Shown here: positions 7,731 to 19,100 of the stretch, piece after piece
How the letters are laid out: each line of letters opens with the position of its first letter
How positions within the stretch are numbered: the first letter of the stretch is position 1
Virus record (IMG/VR): IMGVR_UViG_3300033553_000338
Span: 1 to 64,000 of that record
Direction: 5' to 3' (one strand)
Origin: a virus
DNA: 64,000 nt
The notes under the pieces: model-generated
Told to the model about the DNA's origin: nothing
Database searches by the model: none
What the model saw: the letters and a program-made list of their open reading frames with translations, nothing else
Position numbers and translations under genes: made by a program

Positions 7731-10700
7731 CGGCTCAAACACTTTGGTAAACCCTGGATGTGTCAGGGTTTTCCAGGGGTTTGATAAAGCATTCTTCAAA
7801 ACACCCATGGCAGGAATAGCCTCTCCGGTACCCAAAATTGGTGTCGCTTGAATATGTCCAATTAGGTTGATCTCCTGTGCCGATGCTGAGTACATGTAAT
7901 ACCACACTGTATCCTCATCCTCATCATCAAACATGAGTCCCCCCAAACCAATCAAAGCCAGGATCATTGCCATATCTGCAACCATCCTTCTAAGGTTTGT
8001 TTTTTGGGCATCATTCAGTGGATCTCCCAAACCCATCAGCAAACTTATGTCTCGTTCTTTTACCGCTGCAACGGTGGATTGGATCATATCTCTAAGCGTG
8101 TAGCCTATCCCTTCCATGTACTCCCCTTCATAGCTGTAACTTACTTCCTTGGTCACCGCGTCAATAGTCTTTACCAGTTTCTTGTTGCTGGTCATCTGCG
8201 TTGGCCGCATAGCATATCGCTGTACTTTTTTAAACCACCAGTTCCGGTACTGGCCAAAGACAATCCCCCAAATGGTGTTTCTAAAATTTTCCTGATCCTC
8301 ATTATTCTGAGCATCAAAGGACTCATTGGCAAAACGCTTCATCCGCTGCATATCCATACTGGTATAGGCCCGGGCCATCGTGCCATCAGAGTTCAAGGAA
8401 CCCTCCTTACGCATTTCCTCAACCAAAAATTCCTTTAGCTTCTTACCATCTTCTCCTTCAAACCTGGGATCTTTATTCTCATCATAGGTTAAGTTCCCAT
8501 CAGCATCAACATCATAGGCTTTCATGGTTCCGTCATACATCATCTGGGAAATCATAAATACCGAACGGTGAAAATGATCACCCCCGTAGTTAATGAGGTT
8601 TTTATACTGGGAGTTGGCAAATCCACGCTTCCCCATCTGGGTCGCAAACCCGTTGATCAACTGATCCGTATCCGCATTGGCCAGCCCCATATTCCACATC
8701 AGCTTATTAGCTTTTTCTGATCCAGAAGGGGTCATAATATATCCATAAGCTTTGACCAGGTTTTTACCAAATTTAGGTACGGTAATGCCCGTTGAGATGG
8801 TATGGTAAAAGCCGGCAATGCCGTTCTTAATCTGTGAGAGAACGTTATAATCCAGCAGCATAATATTAGCACCCATCCTGGCAGCTGCAGCTGCTTTTGC
8901 ATAGGGAGATTCCTCCTCTGTAATCTGATTCTTTTGAAATAAGTTTTTCTCCGTATAATTTTTCAGATAGCCCATCAGGGTTTTATTGTTCCGAAACAAC
9001 GCGGACTCCGAGTAAGCAATGACTGCCTTAACAGATTTATATTCTGGAAGTAGCTCACTAAGATAGTCATACCTGTACTTATTGGCCATCGTATGTCCCA
9101 GGACACTTTCCAGGTTTGTTTCAATGGTTCGCGTTACCGGAATTACTTTCTGGTCATTGTCATTCCTTCGAATCTTAGTGGTAATGGCCTTCCCGTCAGC
9201 GGTGAATCCTAAGCGTTCCATCCGGCCAACATCTCCAAACATGGGGATGACTTCCCCTTGAAACTTTTTCTGCACTTCCAATTTATCAACAAGCTCTTGG
9301 TAATTATCCGATGCGAGTTCAATATACTCATTTTTAGAGGTGTAGGGATCAAGTACCCGTTTCACGTAGTTGGATCCACGATCCTTAAAGCTACCTTCAG
9401 CAGCTTTATTCCCAAAGAGGTCACCCGCACGGGTATCCGTGGAAGGAGCAATGGCAGGGATCATATCCTCATCCCAATACTCATTAAATTCTTCCAGACG
9501 CTTTCCTTCCAGCCCAGTAACCATTGATTCCCGGACTTTCTTTTTGTACCAGCCAATATATTCTTTCTGGACATCTGATAACAATTTGTACTCACTGGAA
9601 TCCTGCGGCCAAAATCTTCCGGTATGCCTGGAGACTTTGCGATCTGTACCATCATCGGTGAAGACCTCGATACGCTCCAGCAAGGGCTCATACACATCCG
9701 ATGCCCTGTTCATCGCAATACTCCCGGAAGTTTTGGTGTCTTTGATCAATTTCTTGTGCATTTTTTTACTCTCGCTAAAGAACTGATCGTTTAATGCCCG
9801 GTTCATCTCTCCTACCTTTCGTTGGACACGGCCAATGAATTCATCCACAATTTCAATGCCTGACATTCCCGGGTTAACCAGCTGTGCCTGAATAAATCCA
9901 ATGCTTTTAAAGTCAGAGAACTGGGCTGTCATCCCCTTTAAATCAAGGATTGCATTAGAAACGTAGAGATATTCAGGGTTATGTAAGTAGCCTTCCTTAT
10001 CGTGTGAAGCGGAGTTATACCCTTCAATATCGTGCTGTCTGGCTGTTAGTGCTTTAAGCATGTCTTCCCGGAACTCCTCATTTTTCATGATGATGTCCAC
10101 CGTACCGGTGATCCCCATATCCGTATAGATGTTGGAGAGTAATTTTTTCACACTTCCACCTTCCAGCCAGTTGTACAAACGTCCCTCCTGGGTTTTGTAG
10201 GAAGATCCTTTTATTTCCATGGATCCCGATACCTGCGTCATTGTCAGACCGGCATATCTCAGGTAGGCTTCAAAGGCACCATATTTGTAACTTTCCCGAT
10301 TCCGTACCCTCTCATCTTTAAACAAGTCTTTGATACTGGAGTCCACCCCATAATCAAAGTCCAGGATACTGGCTCCATCCACTTGTGCGGCCTCCATTAT
10401 CTTGAACTGGTCCATAACTTCAGATAATTGCCGGCCAATAGGACTTCCACTTGATTGTGTTCCAATACCCCCAACGGATAAGCGGTCCACCGGAGTATTG
10501 GGGTTATCTTTCTGAAGCTGCATGGCGATCAGTCCCATCCGAAGCATGTGAGCATTCTCCCGGGTATTGTACCAAATAGCAGTACCTCCTAGTCCTGCTT
10601 TTCCAGGTATACCCTTTGCCTTTGCATTGGACATGTACCTGCCAAGAATAGTTGTCCCTTTCTCCTTACGGGTAGGGGTTTTGAGTGTGATATCTTTATT

Positions 10701-12137
10701 TAAGGTCAGGATATCGATGGAGCTGTAGGATCCGGTTGTTTGGTTGTACCCCTTGTAAACCAGGACCACATCATCTCCGGCAGCTTCCATACCTTTTACA
10801 GTATTGGCTTTCACGGCACGGTCAATATTTCGGACGTACATCCTTGTCAACAGCTCCACATGGGTTTTATCATCACTGTGAACGGTTTCTGTAGAGAACG
10901 TCTCGGCCTCCCCCTCATTTAGATAACGAATAAAGTCATCCGCAGGGCTATTATAATTATCACTTATGGACTGGGCATGACTAGCTAAAATCTCTTCTGT
11001 TCTTGCCTGAACTCCCGCTAAGGTATCTTTATGGGATTCCGGGTTTGTATAGTAGGTTCGTTTACGGTTCTTGCCAAAGACAAAGTAATATTCCCCCGTT
11101 TTAGGATCCTGTGAAGATCCCATGGCAATCCGTGAAGCAGCATCTTTAGAGTCCAGGTTATCAAGCTCAATCCCAAGATGGGTATTGATAAACCCATTCC
11201 AGTCGGGCCGGCCATTGATTTTAAGTTTGACAGACCCCTTTTTGAACCCAGGTGCCGGGAAAAAGCCCCTGGAAATTCCCTCATTGATCCGGTGATCCCC
11301 AAAAATATCCTTATCATCAAAAGGAATGGGGTCCTGTGATTGGAACCCCTGGAGGAAAGCATCATCCCCGTCCACAACAATGTCAAATTCAATGGGCACA
11401 ATCGCGGCCCCCCGGACCCGTAATTTTTTGGCACCGGTCTTTGTATCCCCTACCTCCAGCATCCGCTTATACAGGTTAAGCTGAAGGTTATTCCCCCGTC
11501 TCTTACTGATCCCGGCATTGTCCGGTTTCCGATATTCTGATCCGGTACCTTTGAAGTCAAAGATTTCCAGGCTACCATCCGGGTAAACCACTGCAACGTC
11601 AACTGTACCTGCAACCCCCTTTTCAATGTTGGAGATTCGAAACTCGGTAAGTACTTTGTTCCGGCCCCCATCACTCCAGATTTGATACATCTGATTGACC
11701 TCTTTAACCCAGGATTTAAGAATCGCGTTACTCGCGTACTCTTTCTCAATATCGGAGAATTTCTTACCCTCGTTGAGTTTCGTAATCACTTCTTCAGCAG
11801 TATTATGAAATAAGGTACCCGACTTATTGGCTTTTACTCCACGAGCTTCCGGGGCACCTCCCCTATACTTGTAGGTCTCTTCAATAATATCTGAGACTGA
11901 TTTCAGAACCTTACCATCGTAATTGTACTCATGTACGTCAATCTTTTTACCATCACTATCCTCCCGTTCACCAACAAAATTAACTTTCTTCCCAGTCTCC
12001 TCGATCATCTTAACAACCTCATCCTGGGTAAGTTCATCTGGGATAACTTCGTTGGTGTTGGCTCCAGCTATGTACTTCAGCTGTTCTTCCAGGCTATCAA
12101 ATTCTATACCATCGTAGGTGCGTATGCAGTCTTTCAT
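7713..12137 (-). CDS. Giant virion cargo-like protein with an N-terminal PD-(D/E)XK nuclease domain and a C-terminal hydrophobic segment
   Basis: SVSD, GTLFH, TE, GVAGTVD, IFDFKG and QLNLYKRML in residues ~70-270; MAMILALIGLGGLMF near the C-terminus. Coupled to the upstream gene by TAATG. Confidence 0.75.
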   Translation of the reverse strand: MKDCIRTYDGIEFDSLEEQLKYIAGANTNEVIPDELTQDEVVKMIEETGKKVNFVGEREDSDGKKIDVHEYNYDGKVLKSVSDIIEETYKYRGGAPEARGVKANKSGTLFHNTAEEVITKLNEGKKFSDIEKEYASNAILKSWVKEVNQMYQIWSDGGRNKVLTEFRISNIEKGVAGTVDVAVVYPDGSLEIFDFKGTGSEYRKPDNAGISKRRGNNLQLNLYKRMLEVGDTKTGAKKLRVRGAAIVPIEFDIVVDGDDAFLQGFQSQDPIPFDDKDIFGDHRINEGISRGFFPAPGFKKGSVKLKINGRPDWNGFINTHLGIELDNLDSKDAASRIAMGSSQDPKTGEYYFVFGKNRKRTYYTNPESHKDTLAGVQARTEEILASHAQSISDNYNSPADDFIRYLNEGEAETFSTETVHSDDKTHVELLTRMYVRNIDRAVKANTVKGMEAAGDDVVLVYKGYNQTTGSYSSIDILTLNKDITLKTPTRKEKGTTILGRYMSNAKAKGIPGKAGLGGTAIWYNTRENAHMLRMGLIAMQLQKDNPNTPVDRLSVGGIGTQSSGSPIGRQLSEVMDQFKIMEAAQVDGASILDFDYGVDSSIKDLFKDERVRNRESYKYGAFEAYLRYAGLTMTQVSGSMEIKGSSYKTQEGRLYNWLEGGSVKKLLSNIYTDMGITGTVDIIMKNEEFREDMLKALTARQHDIEGYNSASHDKEGYLHNPEYLYVSNAILDLKGMTAQFSDFKSIGFIQAQLVNPGMSGIEIVDEFIGRVQRKVGEMNRALNDQFFSESKKMHKKLIKDTKTSGSIAMNRASDVYEPLLERIEVFTDDGTDRKVSRHTGRFWPQDSSEYKLLSDVQKEYIGWYKKKVRESMVTGLEGKRLEEFNEYWDEDMIPAIAPSTDTRAGDLFGNKAAEGSFKDRGSNYVKRVLDPYTSKNEYIELASDNYQELVDKLEVQKKFQGEVIPMFGDVGRMERLGFTADGKAITTKIRRNDNDQKVIPVTRTIETNLESVLGHTMANKYRYDYLSELLPEYKSVKAVIAYSESALFRNNKTLMGYLKNYTEKNLFQKNQITEEESPYAKAAAAARMGANIMLLDYNVLSQIKNGIAGFYHTISTGITVPKFGKNLVKAYGYIMTPSGSEKANKLMWNMGLANADTDQLINGFATQMGKRGFANSQYKNLINYGGDHFHRSVFMISQMMYDGTMKAYDVDADGNLTYDENKDPRFEGEDGKKLKEFLVEEMRKEGSLNSDGTMARAYTSMDMQRMKRFANESFDAQNNEDQENFRNTIWGIVFGQYRNWWFKKVQRYAMRPTQMTSNKKLVKTIDAVTKEVSYSYEGEYMEGIGYTLRDMIQSTVAAVKERDISLLMGLGDPLNDAQKTNLRRMVADMAMILALIGLGGLMFDDEDEDTVWYYMYSASAQEINLIGHIQATPILGTGEAIPAMGVLKNALSNPWKTLTHPGFTKVFEPLFEDE

Positions 12138-15100
12138 TATTTACAAGTTATGTCGTAATTATTCATTTTATAGGCATCCAGTAACAAGGCATTCACCTGG
12201 TTGTAATAGCTGAATTCTCCGGAAGCGATTAAGCTTGCTTCAATCTCAGGGTTGCTCAGTGCCCGATGCATGGTTAAGGCTCCCTCAGCGACCTTCTCAT
12301 TGATCAGGATAGCCAGTTTTTCCAAGGTTTCCAGTGATCCATTCACAGCCCCCAGCTCGGTCAGTGTCTGATCGATGTGGGTCATAAACTCATTCACCGT
12401 ACCAACAAACCCAGAAGGATCCCACCGGCTGTTCGACTGGGAATCCAGCGTACTCAGAATGTACATGAATACGTTGTGTACGTGTTCATGGTCTTCCAGA
12501 CTCGGGTTTAGCTCCACAGACTTCTCGTAGGCTGAGGTCGTTTTTACCAGGTCCGCTACCCTATTGTAAAGGGATTCATTGGTCAGGCGTACTTTTTCAA
12601 AGAACAAGCCCCGCATCTGGTCATAAACAGTTCCATGTAAGATGTTGTCGGTATTGATATACAAGTTCCCCTGAAAGTAAAATACCTTCTCCCCCTTCAG
12701 CTCCTGCGGAAATCCTTTGGTTTTATTGATCTGTTCCTGATCAATCTTCAAAGCTCCAACCCTGGAGTGTGAAATAAGACCATCCACCGCATATACCCGG
12801 GAACTGTGAGCATACTCCTTCGAGAGTTTGCTTGATTGTACAGCTCCACGTTCATCGGTTGCTATTCCCAGGTAATCCCCCAGGATCTGATTGATGTCTT
12901 CCTTAAAAGCTTCCACCTCTGCCACGGGTTTAGTGGTTGACCGCATCCTGTCCGACAATACCGTCATAACAGGGGTTCCCCAGAATAGAAGAGCCAGGGA
13001 AGTATTTCGATCAATGTTGGACCGTTCTGAGTTGTAAAAGCTTGCTTCATCCAGAATACCACTCTTTAAATTGGAGGGCATCGTTTTCTCGGAAACTGCG
13101 TAGCCGTAGCTTAGCTTATTTTCAAAGAGTTCATTATCGAAGTCATTCAACATGGCAAACTCTTTTTTCACCTTTTCCAAACTACTCTCCTCAAGGCCTT
13201 TCAGCTTATCAGAAATATTGGTTGAGGGGACAAACACCTTACGTCCATCACTTAAGACGATCAATGTTCCATGTACAATCATGGGTTTTGCTGTCGGGTC
13301 ATTGCGCTGTAAATCAACGGAGTGTCCCGGATTAACCGACTGGATGGTTGCAAGTACCCCGTTTAGGTTCAAAGGCTCCTTGGCCAAAAAAGTGGATTCA
13401 ACATCTGCGTGTAAGGTAGCCCGGATTTTATTATTCAGCTCCTCCAGCTTGACATGGGCAACAATGGCCACATCCTCCCCTACTTTTACAGGATCTCGCT
13501 CGGAATAACTTTGGAGAATGATCTCCTCCGCTGTTCCCGACTCTGTGGGCAGGAAGGTGATATCAATATTTTCCCCATCCTTCAAGTTTTCTCTGGAGTA
13601 TGGGTCAGGACTGTTGAGGTTATTGATGATCTGGTCTGCAAAAGTTTCCCGGGTTACAGGGGGTTCAAACTCCGGAGTTTTCTGCTGGACCGTTGATTTG
13701 ATGTGCTGCTTCTTCAGCTCCCCCTCATCTTCCGGCTGGGTGGTTGTTGGGTCATTGATAAGGACCTCCGCTATCTCAACCTCTTTTTCCTGTTGAGTCA
13801 TCGGTTCCCCATTCAGGAACTTCTTGAAGGTTTCCGGACTCGGGTTTTGCACACTGGCCATAAAGTCCCAGTACATTGCTGCAACCAGGAAGGGGTCAAT
13901 ATCCCCTTTCTTTTCAAGGTGTTTCTCAATCAAGGTAACAATCTCTGGGTCAGCCCCTTGTAATTGGGTGACCGGGATAATCCCTTCATAGAGTCCGGAG
14001 AATCCAAGCAAAGTTTCGGCAGTCAGGATAGCGGAATCCACGCTTCGTACCATCTTAAAAAGCTGAGTGGCTTCTTCCCTGCTACGTGCGTAGCTGGTGA
14101 TATCAATACCCGAAGCGTCATTGGTGATGATCTTCTTCAAGAACTCCAGCTCCGCTTCAGAAAACCGATCGGTGTCAATAACATCCTTCAACGCTACCCC
14201 TTCGGGGATGTAGATCTGGTTACCCAGGACACTTGTAATTTTAGAATTTCCAGTCCCCATTAAGCGGAAAATAAACTCGTGATCGTAACTGGGAAATTCG
14301 GTGATCCCTGCAAGGGTTTTTCTAAGGTACTTCAACCTACCCTCTTTACGGCTAAGGTTTTCCGGGGCCAGCTGTTGTGCCGTTCGGTTGTCATAGTTAT
14401 CCCAGATACTTTGGTTGGTGTCGCTGAGGGATTTTAACAGGTTTCGGTATTCCTGTGCATATTGGGTAATCAACTTGGTATCATCTGCATCAATAGCCTT
14501 TTCGTATTTCTCATTCAGATCATTGAAAGATTTGTTGAACAGCTCCTCCACACGGGCCATATCCATGCTCATAGCCAAGGAATTACTAAAACTATGAGAG
14601 GGATCACTGTAACCTGAGGATTCGCGTACAGCCGTTTTCTGATCGGCCCACATCGCAGTTTTCAAGATACCATCCAGATCAGCATTTTTCATCTGGAGTA
14701 TTCCGGATACGCTGTCCATAAACGTTTCCTTTAATCCGTAAAATTCCAGAATACCCATCATTGCTGGGGTACTGAATACGGAGTCAATAAAATCCCGGGT
14801 AGTTGTGGCATTAAAGTTGATTCCTTCCAGGGTTCTTATATCCTTACCGGTAAGCCCTTTCAGAAGTGCTGAGAATCCTTCACCGTAAACTCCCCCTGCT
14901 CCAGCCGGAATGATTTCAGCCTTCAGTAGGTCGAAGATCTTCTTCTGAATGGTAACAATACTCAGGGTGTGGCTATTCAGCGGGGAAGTACCAATGCTGT
15001 TTAGAATAGCTGCCTTTACAATTTCCCGAAGCAAGATAGCTTCGAAGTCTTCTTCCCCGGACCAAACATCCTCACGCATGACAATGTTGGATCCTTGTGT

Positions 15101-16063
15101 GTGATTTTCCACAAAGGCTCGTGGGGCTCCTTCAACGGATCCCAGGTATACGGTGTCGTTAAGAGAGTCAGAAAGGCTTAAGACTTTCCTTGATTCCTTT
15201 GTTCCAGTTTCTCTTTTAGTCTCAGCAGAATCAGCGTTGGACTTATTCCGGTGCTTTTTGCTGCCTCTTTGACGATCTTTTGTAGTTGTTTTTTCTGCAT
15301 TTTGTTCTTCAAATATGATTTCATTAATAAGTTCGGTGACCAGCTCTTCGGAGTCCAAGTCAGAATTCTGGGAAAGATACGCTAAAACTTCGTTTAATTC
15401 CTCATTAAATTCCTCTGATTTCATCTCCTCAGCCACCTCAGCTGGAGTGTACTGCTTTCCGTACCCGTCCGCGCTGGACTCCCCGGTGAGCTCGTACATT
15501 TCAAATAGCAAAGCCTTCGAAGATCCTGCCAGAGACTCCACTTCCACAAAGATATTAAGGGCTTCCTCTTCCGATTGAATCCCATACTTCTCTTGTAGGG
15601 TAGCCATCGCAACATCCATGGTTGTTGTACCTGGGATTGGAAGATCCGACAATAACCAGTGTAAAGCTACATTAAATGGATCTTTACTTTTTGGGGCATG
15701 TCTCAGGACGTACTCCAGTCGCATATCTTTGCTTGCCCGGCCCCGATATACCGTATCGTCCTTGATGACATCCTGGAGCTTCTTTGCCAGCTTCACGGCT
15801 TGAGGGTTTTTTCCGTTCTTGACAATATTGGACAGTACCGTATAAACACCGGCTTTGGCCCTGTTCTTACCAAAGTAAGTGTCAAAGATAGGATCAGTCC
15901 CCGATCCGGGAATAGGTAAAAATTTATGGGATGGGTCTCCGGGTACTACCGATGATACACGATTGTTTTCAAAGGCCTCCCCATTATTTGCTGCCCGGGA
16001 AGCTGCCAGGCTCGTTTGGTATACCTTATCCGAACCTGGCAGTGTTATTTTACAATTACTCAT
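12137..16063 (-). CDS. Large virion cargo-like protein with two degenerate zincin-like domains
   Basis: ILLREIVKA...RDFIDSVFSTP and FYFQGNLYINTDN..GTVYDQMRG align to zincin HExxH contexts but lack the metal ligands. Lies next to the RNAP gene. Confidence 0.6.
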   Translation of the reverse strand: MSNCKITLPGSDKVYQTSLAASRAANNGEAFENNRVSSVVPGDPSHKFLPIPGSGTDPIFDTYFGKNRAKAGVYTVLSNIVKNGKNPQAVKLAKKLQDVIKDDTVYRGRASKDMRLEYVLRHAPKSKDPFNVALHWLLSDLPIPGTTTMDVAMATLQEKYGIQSEEEALNIFVEVESLAGSSKALLFEMYELTGESSADGYGKQYTPAEVAEEMKSEEFNEELNEVLAYLSQNSDLDSEELVTELINEIIFEEQNAEKTTTKDRQRGSKKHRNKSNADSAETKRETGTKESRKVLSLSDSLNDTVYLGSVEGAPRAFVENHTQGSNIVMREDVWSGEEDFEAILLREIVKAAILNSIGTSPLNSHTLSIVTIQKKIFDLLKAEIIPAGAGGVYGEGFSALLKGLTGKDIRTLEGINFNATTTRDFIDSVFSTPAMMGILEFYGLKETFMDSVSGILQMKNADLDGILKTAMWADQKTAVRESSGYSDPSHSFSNSLAMSMDMARVEELFNKSFNDLNEKYEKAIDADDTKLITQYAQEYRNLLKSLSDTNQSIWDNYDNRTAQQLAPENLSRKEGRLKYLRKTLAGITEFPSYDHEFIFRLMGTGNSKITSVLGNQIYIPEGVALKDVIDTDRFSEAELEFLKKIITNDASGIDITSYARSREEATQLFKMVRSVDSAILTAETLLGFSGLYEGIIPVTQLQGADPEIVTLIEKHLEKKGDIDPFLVAAMYWDFMASVQNPSPETFKKFLNGEPMTQQEKEVEIAEVLINDPTTTQPEDEGELKKQHIKSTVQQKTPEFEPPVTRETFADQIINNLNSPDPYSRENLKDGENIDITFLPTESGTAEEIILQSYSERDPVKVGEDVAIVAHVKLEELNNKIRATLHADVESTFLAKEPLNLNGVLATIQSVNPGHSVDLQRNDPTAKPMIVHGTLIVLSDGRKVFVPSTNISDKLKGLEESSLEKVKKEFAMLNDFDNELFENKLSYGYAVSEKTMPSNLKSGILDEASFYNSERSNIDRNTSLALLFWGTPVMTVLSDRMRSTTKPVAEVEAFKEDINQILGDYLGIATDERGAVQSSKLSKEYAHSSRVYAVDGLISHSRVGALKIDQEQINKTKGFPQELKGEKVFYFQGNLYINTDNILHGTVYDQMRGLFFEKVRLTNESLYNRVADLVKTTSAYEKSVELNPSLEDHEHVHNVFMYILSTLDSQSNSRWDPSGFVGTVNEFMTHIDQTLTELGAVNGSLETLEKLAILINEKVAEGALTMHRALSNPEIEASLIASGEFSYYNQVNALLLDAYKMNNYDITCK

Positions 16064-16085
16064 TGTCTATCTATTAATTAGTATC

Positions 16086-16096
16086 TAATATACGAA
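16086..16096 (-). promoter_or_regulatory. Putative phage late promoter TTCGTATATTA
   Basis: Exact motif 23 nt upstream of ATG 16063; recurs before eight other late genes. Confidence 0.7.
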
Positions 16097-16100
16097 ATAA

Positions 16101-19100
16101 TTAGCAGTCAGTCACATTTTTATTCGTAGAATCCACACCGGTAGCGGAGTACCCTTTACCAGTCTTTCCCTTACTTTTATCCTTGTAATAGACCGGCTCC
16201 ACTCTAATAAAAATCTCACTTTGATCTTCTAGTGGCTTACTGCCAAATTCGTCACTGGATGGGAAAGCACTCTCACCATAGTTTTTATGGATCAGGTTCG
16301 ACCCCAGAAACGGGTTTCTTACTTCCACCTGGTCATAGCTAACAAGAAAATGGGTTTTGTAATCAACCACGACCGCACGGATAAAGACATGGTGTTTTAA
16401 GTTTGGATCAAACGTCTTGACCATTACAATTTCAAAATCTGTACCTGCAGGAAGGTCCATAAGCTGTTTGCTTAGGCCTTCATCATAAGCCATCCCCGCA
16501 CTTTGGTCTGCCTCTATTGCCTGACTTGGATCATCCTCAATAGCATTCTCTGCATTGTAGGCTCCACCATCCGGATCCTGCTGGTCACCTGCTTTCTTTA
16601 TTTTATCTTCCCGCTTTTTCTTCAGCCCGGACAGGTCAATAAACTTTTGGTCAATCCGTCTTAAAGGATCCTCATACAATGCTTTCATGCCCACTTCTTC
16701 CCACGGCAAGGTTTTAACCTTAGAGGAATCGTAATAGCGGATAACAATCAAAGACTGCTTTAACCGGTCCTGGATCTTTTTACCCTTTGCCCCTCCATTG
16801 GTATAGTCCTGATAGTAGCCCTTTCGGAACTCGTTCAGCCCCTCCTGTAGCTTCACAGGAACATACTTGCTGAAGGTAGCTGTGTACATGTTGCTGGATT
16901 GTTGGATCAGGTCATAGAAGAAAAGTGCTTTTTGTGTACCTTCTTCGAGTTTACGAAACCATCCCATCATCCTCATCTTCGTGTTATCTCCAACCTTTTC
17001 ATTAAAAGAAGACAGGTATTTCATCGGCTCAGATCCCATGGCCATCGTCTTGCTGTTTTGGACTACCGATGAGATAAATTCATTCTGGTAGAACTCTGAA
17101 TCAGGATCATCATATCCCTGCTTCATCGACTCTATCTTGGAATTCATACTTTTTGCAAACCGGTTAATCCCACTGAGAGTGGTAAAATCATGAGTGGTTC
17201 CTTTAAAAACACCACTATTGAATTGCACCCTTCCAAGTTTATGCAGGTATTGGTAATTGATATCGGTGTTCACAGCAAGCTCCGTCTGCTTGTAAACCTC
17301 TTCGTTCACCCCATCCTTCTGGATACCATCCTTGTCAGTCAGGATGTCCTCAACGACATGATAAACATTTAGCATCTCGTCTCTCACCAGGTAAGAGTTA
17401 TCATAGAAAGAGTTGACAAACTCCATGTAGTGAGGATTGTTATTCAGCACATTTAACACATTGATCTGGACGTTTGGAAGCCTTCCAAATGCTTTAATCA
17501 TGTCAGCTCTTTTCTCAGGACTCGCTTTCACAAACTCCTGCAGAGAGATTTTCTTACTGTTTGGACTTTCTGATAAGATATCTTTCAGGTATTTATTCAC
17601 ATCCTGGAAGTACTTAAACATCCCGTGAGCATCGTTATTCAAACCCTGGTTGATCTTCGCGATCTTGGCAACCGTCTGGAGTTCTTTAGTCAGGCCCGAA
17701 AGCTGGTACCAAAAATCCCTCATTGGCTTACTCAACCCACTATCCTTTTTAGACAAGTGGGAAGACAGTGACCCAAACAATCCCTCATCCACAATTTGTT
17801 TGGCTTTCCGAATTGCAGCCGGAGAAAGGACCAGCTTAAAGATCTCATCAATAGGGACTCCCAGCATGATCATCGTAGCGATGTCGTTACCGGTGGCCAG
17901 GTTCGTATTGATGTAACCCAGAATAAGTTCCTTCGCGTTATCCGTACTGGCATTGATCAGGCCGGCCATGAAGTCCCAGGAGTGAGTGCTCTTTGAAATA
18001 ACATCCAAATGCTTGGACATCGCTTTCATAACTGCCTCATCGGTGATATCTTCTGGTTTTACAAAGATTCCGCTTGCCTGAACAAAGCTTTCCGCATTCC
18101 GCTTAATATCTTGGTTATGCTTCTCACGCAGACCGTCAAAGAAACTGACAGGTGTCAAGTTTGCGATGTTTTTGAATGGGTCATTAATCCCAGGAACCTT
18201 AAGGCCCCTTGGAAGGTGTGGTTTTAACACACCATGGTTTTTCTTAAAGTCCAGCATATCTGTCTGGAAACTCAGTGATATCGCAGACATGGCCTTAGCG
18301 GAAGAAGCCATCACCCCAACCATCTTGTTACCCACCTTATTGATGGTACTCAGCTTCACAACGGAAACAGGGCTCAGCAGGGAGAATAATCTTCCAGGGG
18401 CACCCTTGTCCTCGTTGGCCATCGCTCTTTGCTTAATTCCTTCAAGCATCCGGGGATTAACCGGAGTATTGGACTCCTCAATGTTCCGGGAGTCACTGGA
18501 CACCTTCATGATGTTATCCACCATCAGGTTCTGAAGTCCGGCAGCATACCAGTCATATTTACGGTTTTGACGAATCTCATAAGCATGTTCGCGCTTTAAA
18601 TAATCCTTTGGCAGGTATTCCCGAATTTCAGCTTTTGTCAGTGGAACCGTACCAGGGATATTTTTTACAGGGACTGGATTACCCAGTTCATCCATGGACC
18701 ATCCAAAGTAGTCAAACAGAAATCCCTGATCATCCTGATCCTTAATCATTAGGTAACCGGAGTCAATATCGAAATCCTCTCCTTTAATCACCATCGCATC
18801 AACTGGGATACCTACAGCATTGTTTAATGACTCCATGAAACCAACTACACGAACGGCATTGAAGGAGTGTTTTCCTGAGGTAGGAATACGGGGTAGTACC
18901 CCTTCCAGTGACTTCGAAAAGTCCTTGTGGATCCTATAGTACTTTGTGTACACTTTATCTGCCTTACGCATCGCACGGAGTACGTCATAATCAGATTCCG
19001 TGAGGCCCTTGACCTTCTTAAAGTTAGCCTTGTCCTTAATCAGCTTCTTCAGGTAGACTTTACGTTCAATTGGAATATCCGCATTGTCCGGATCCCGGAG

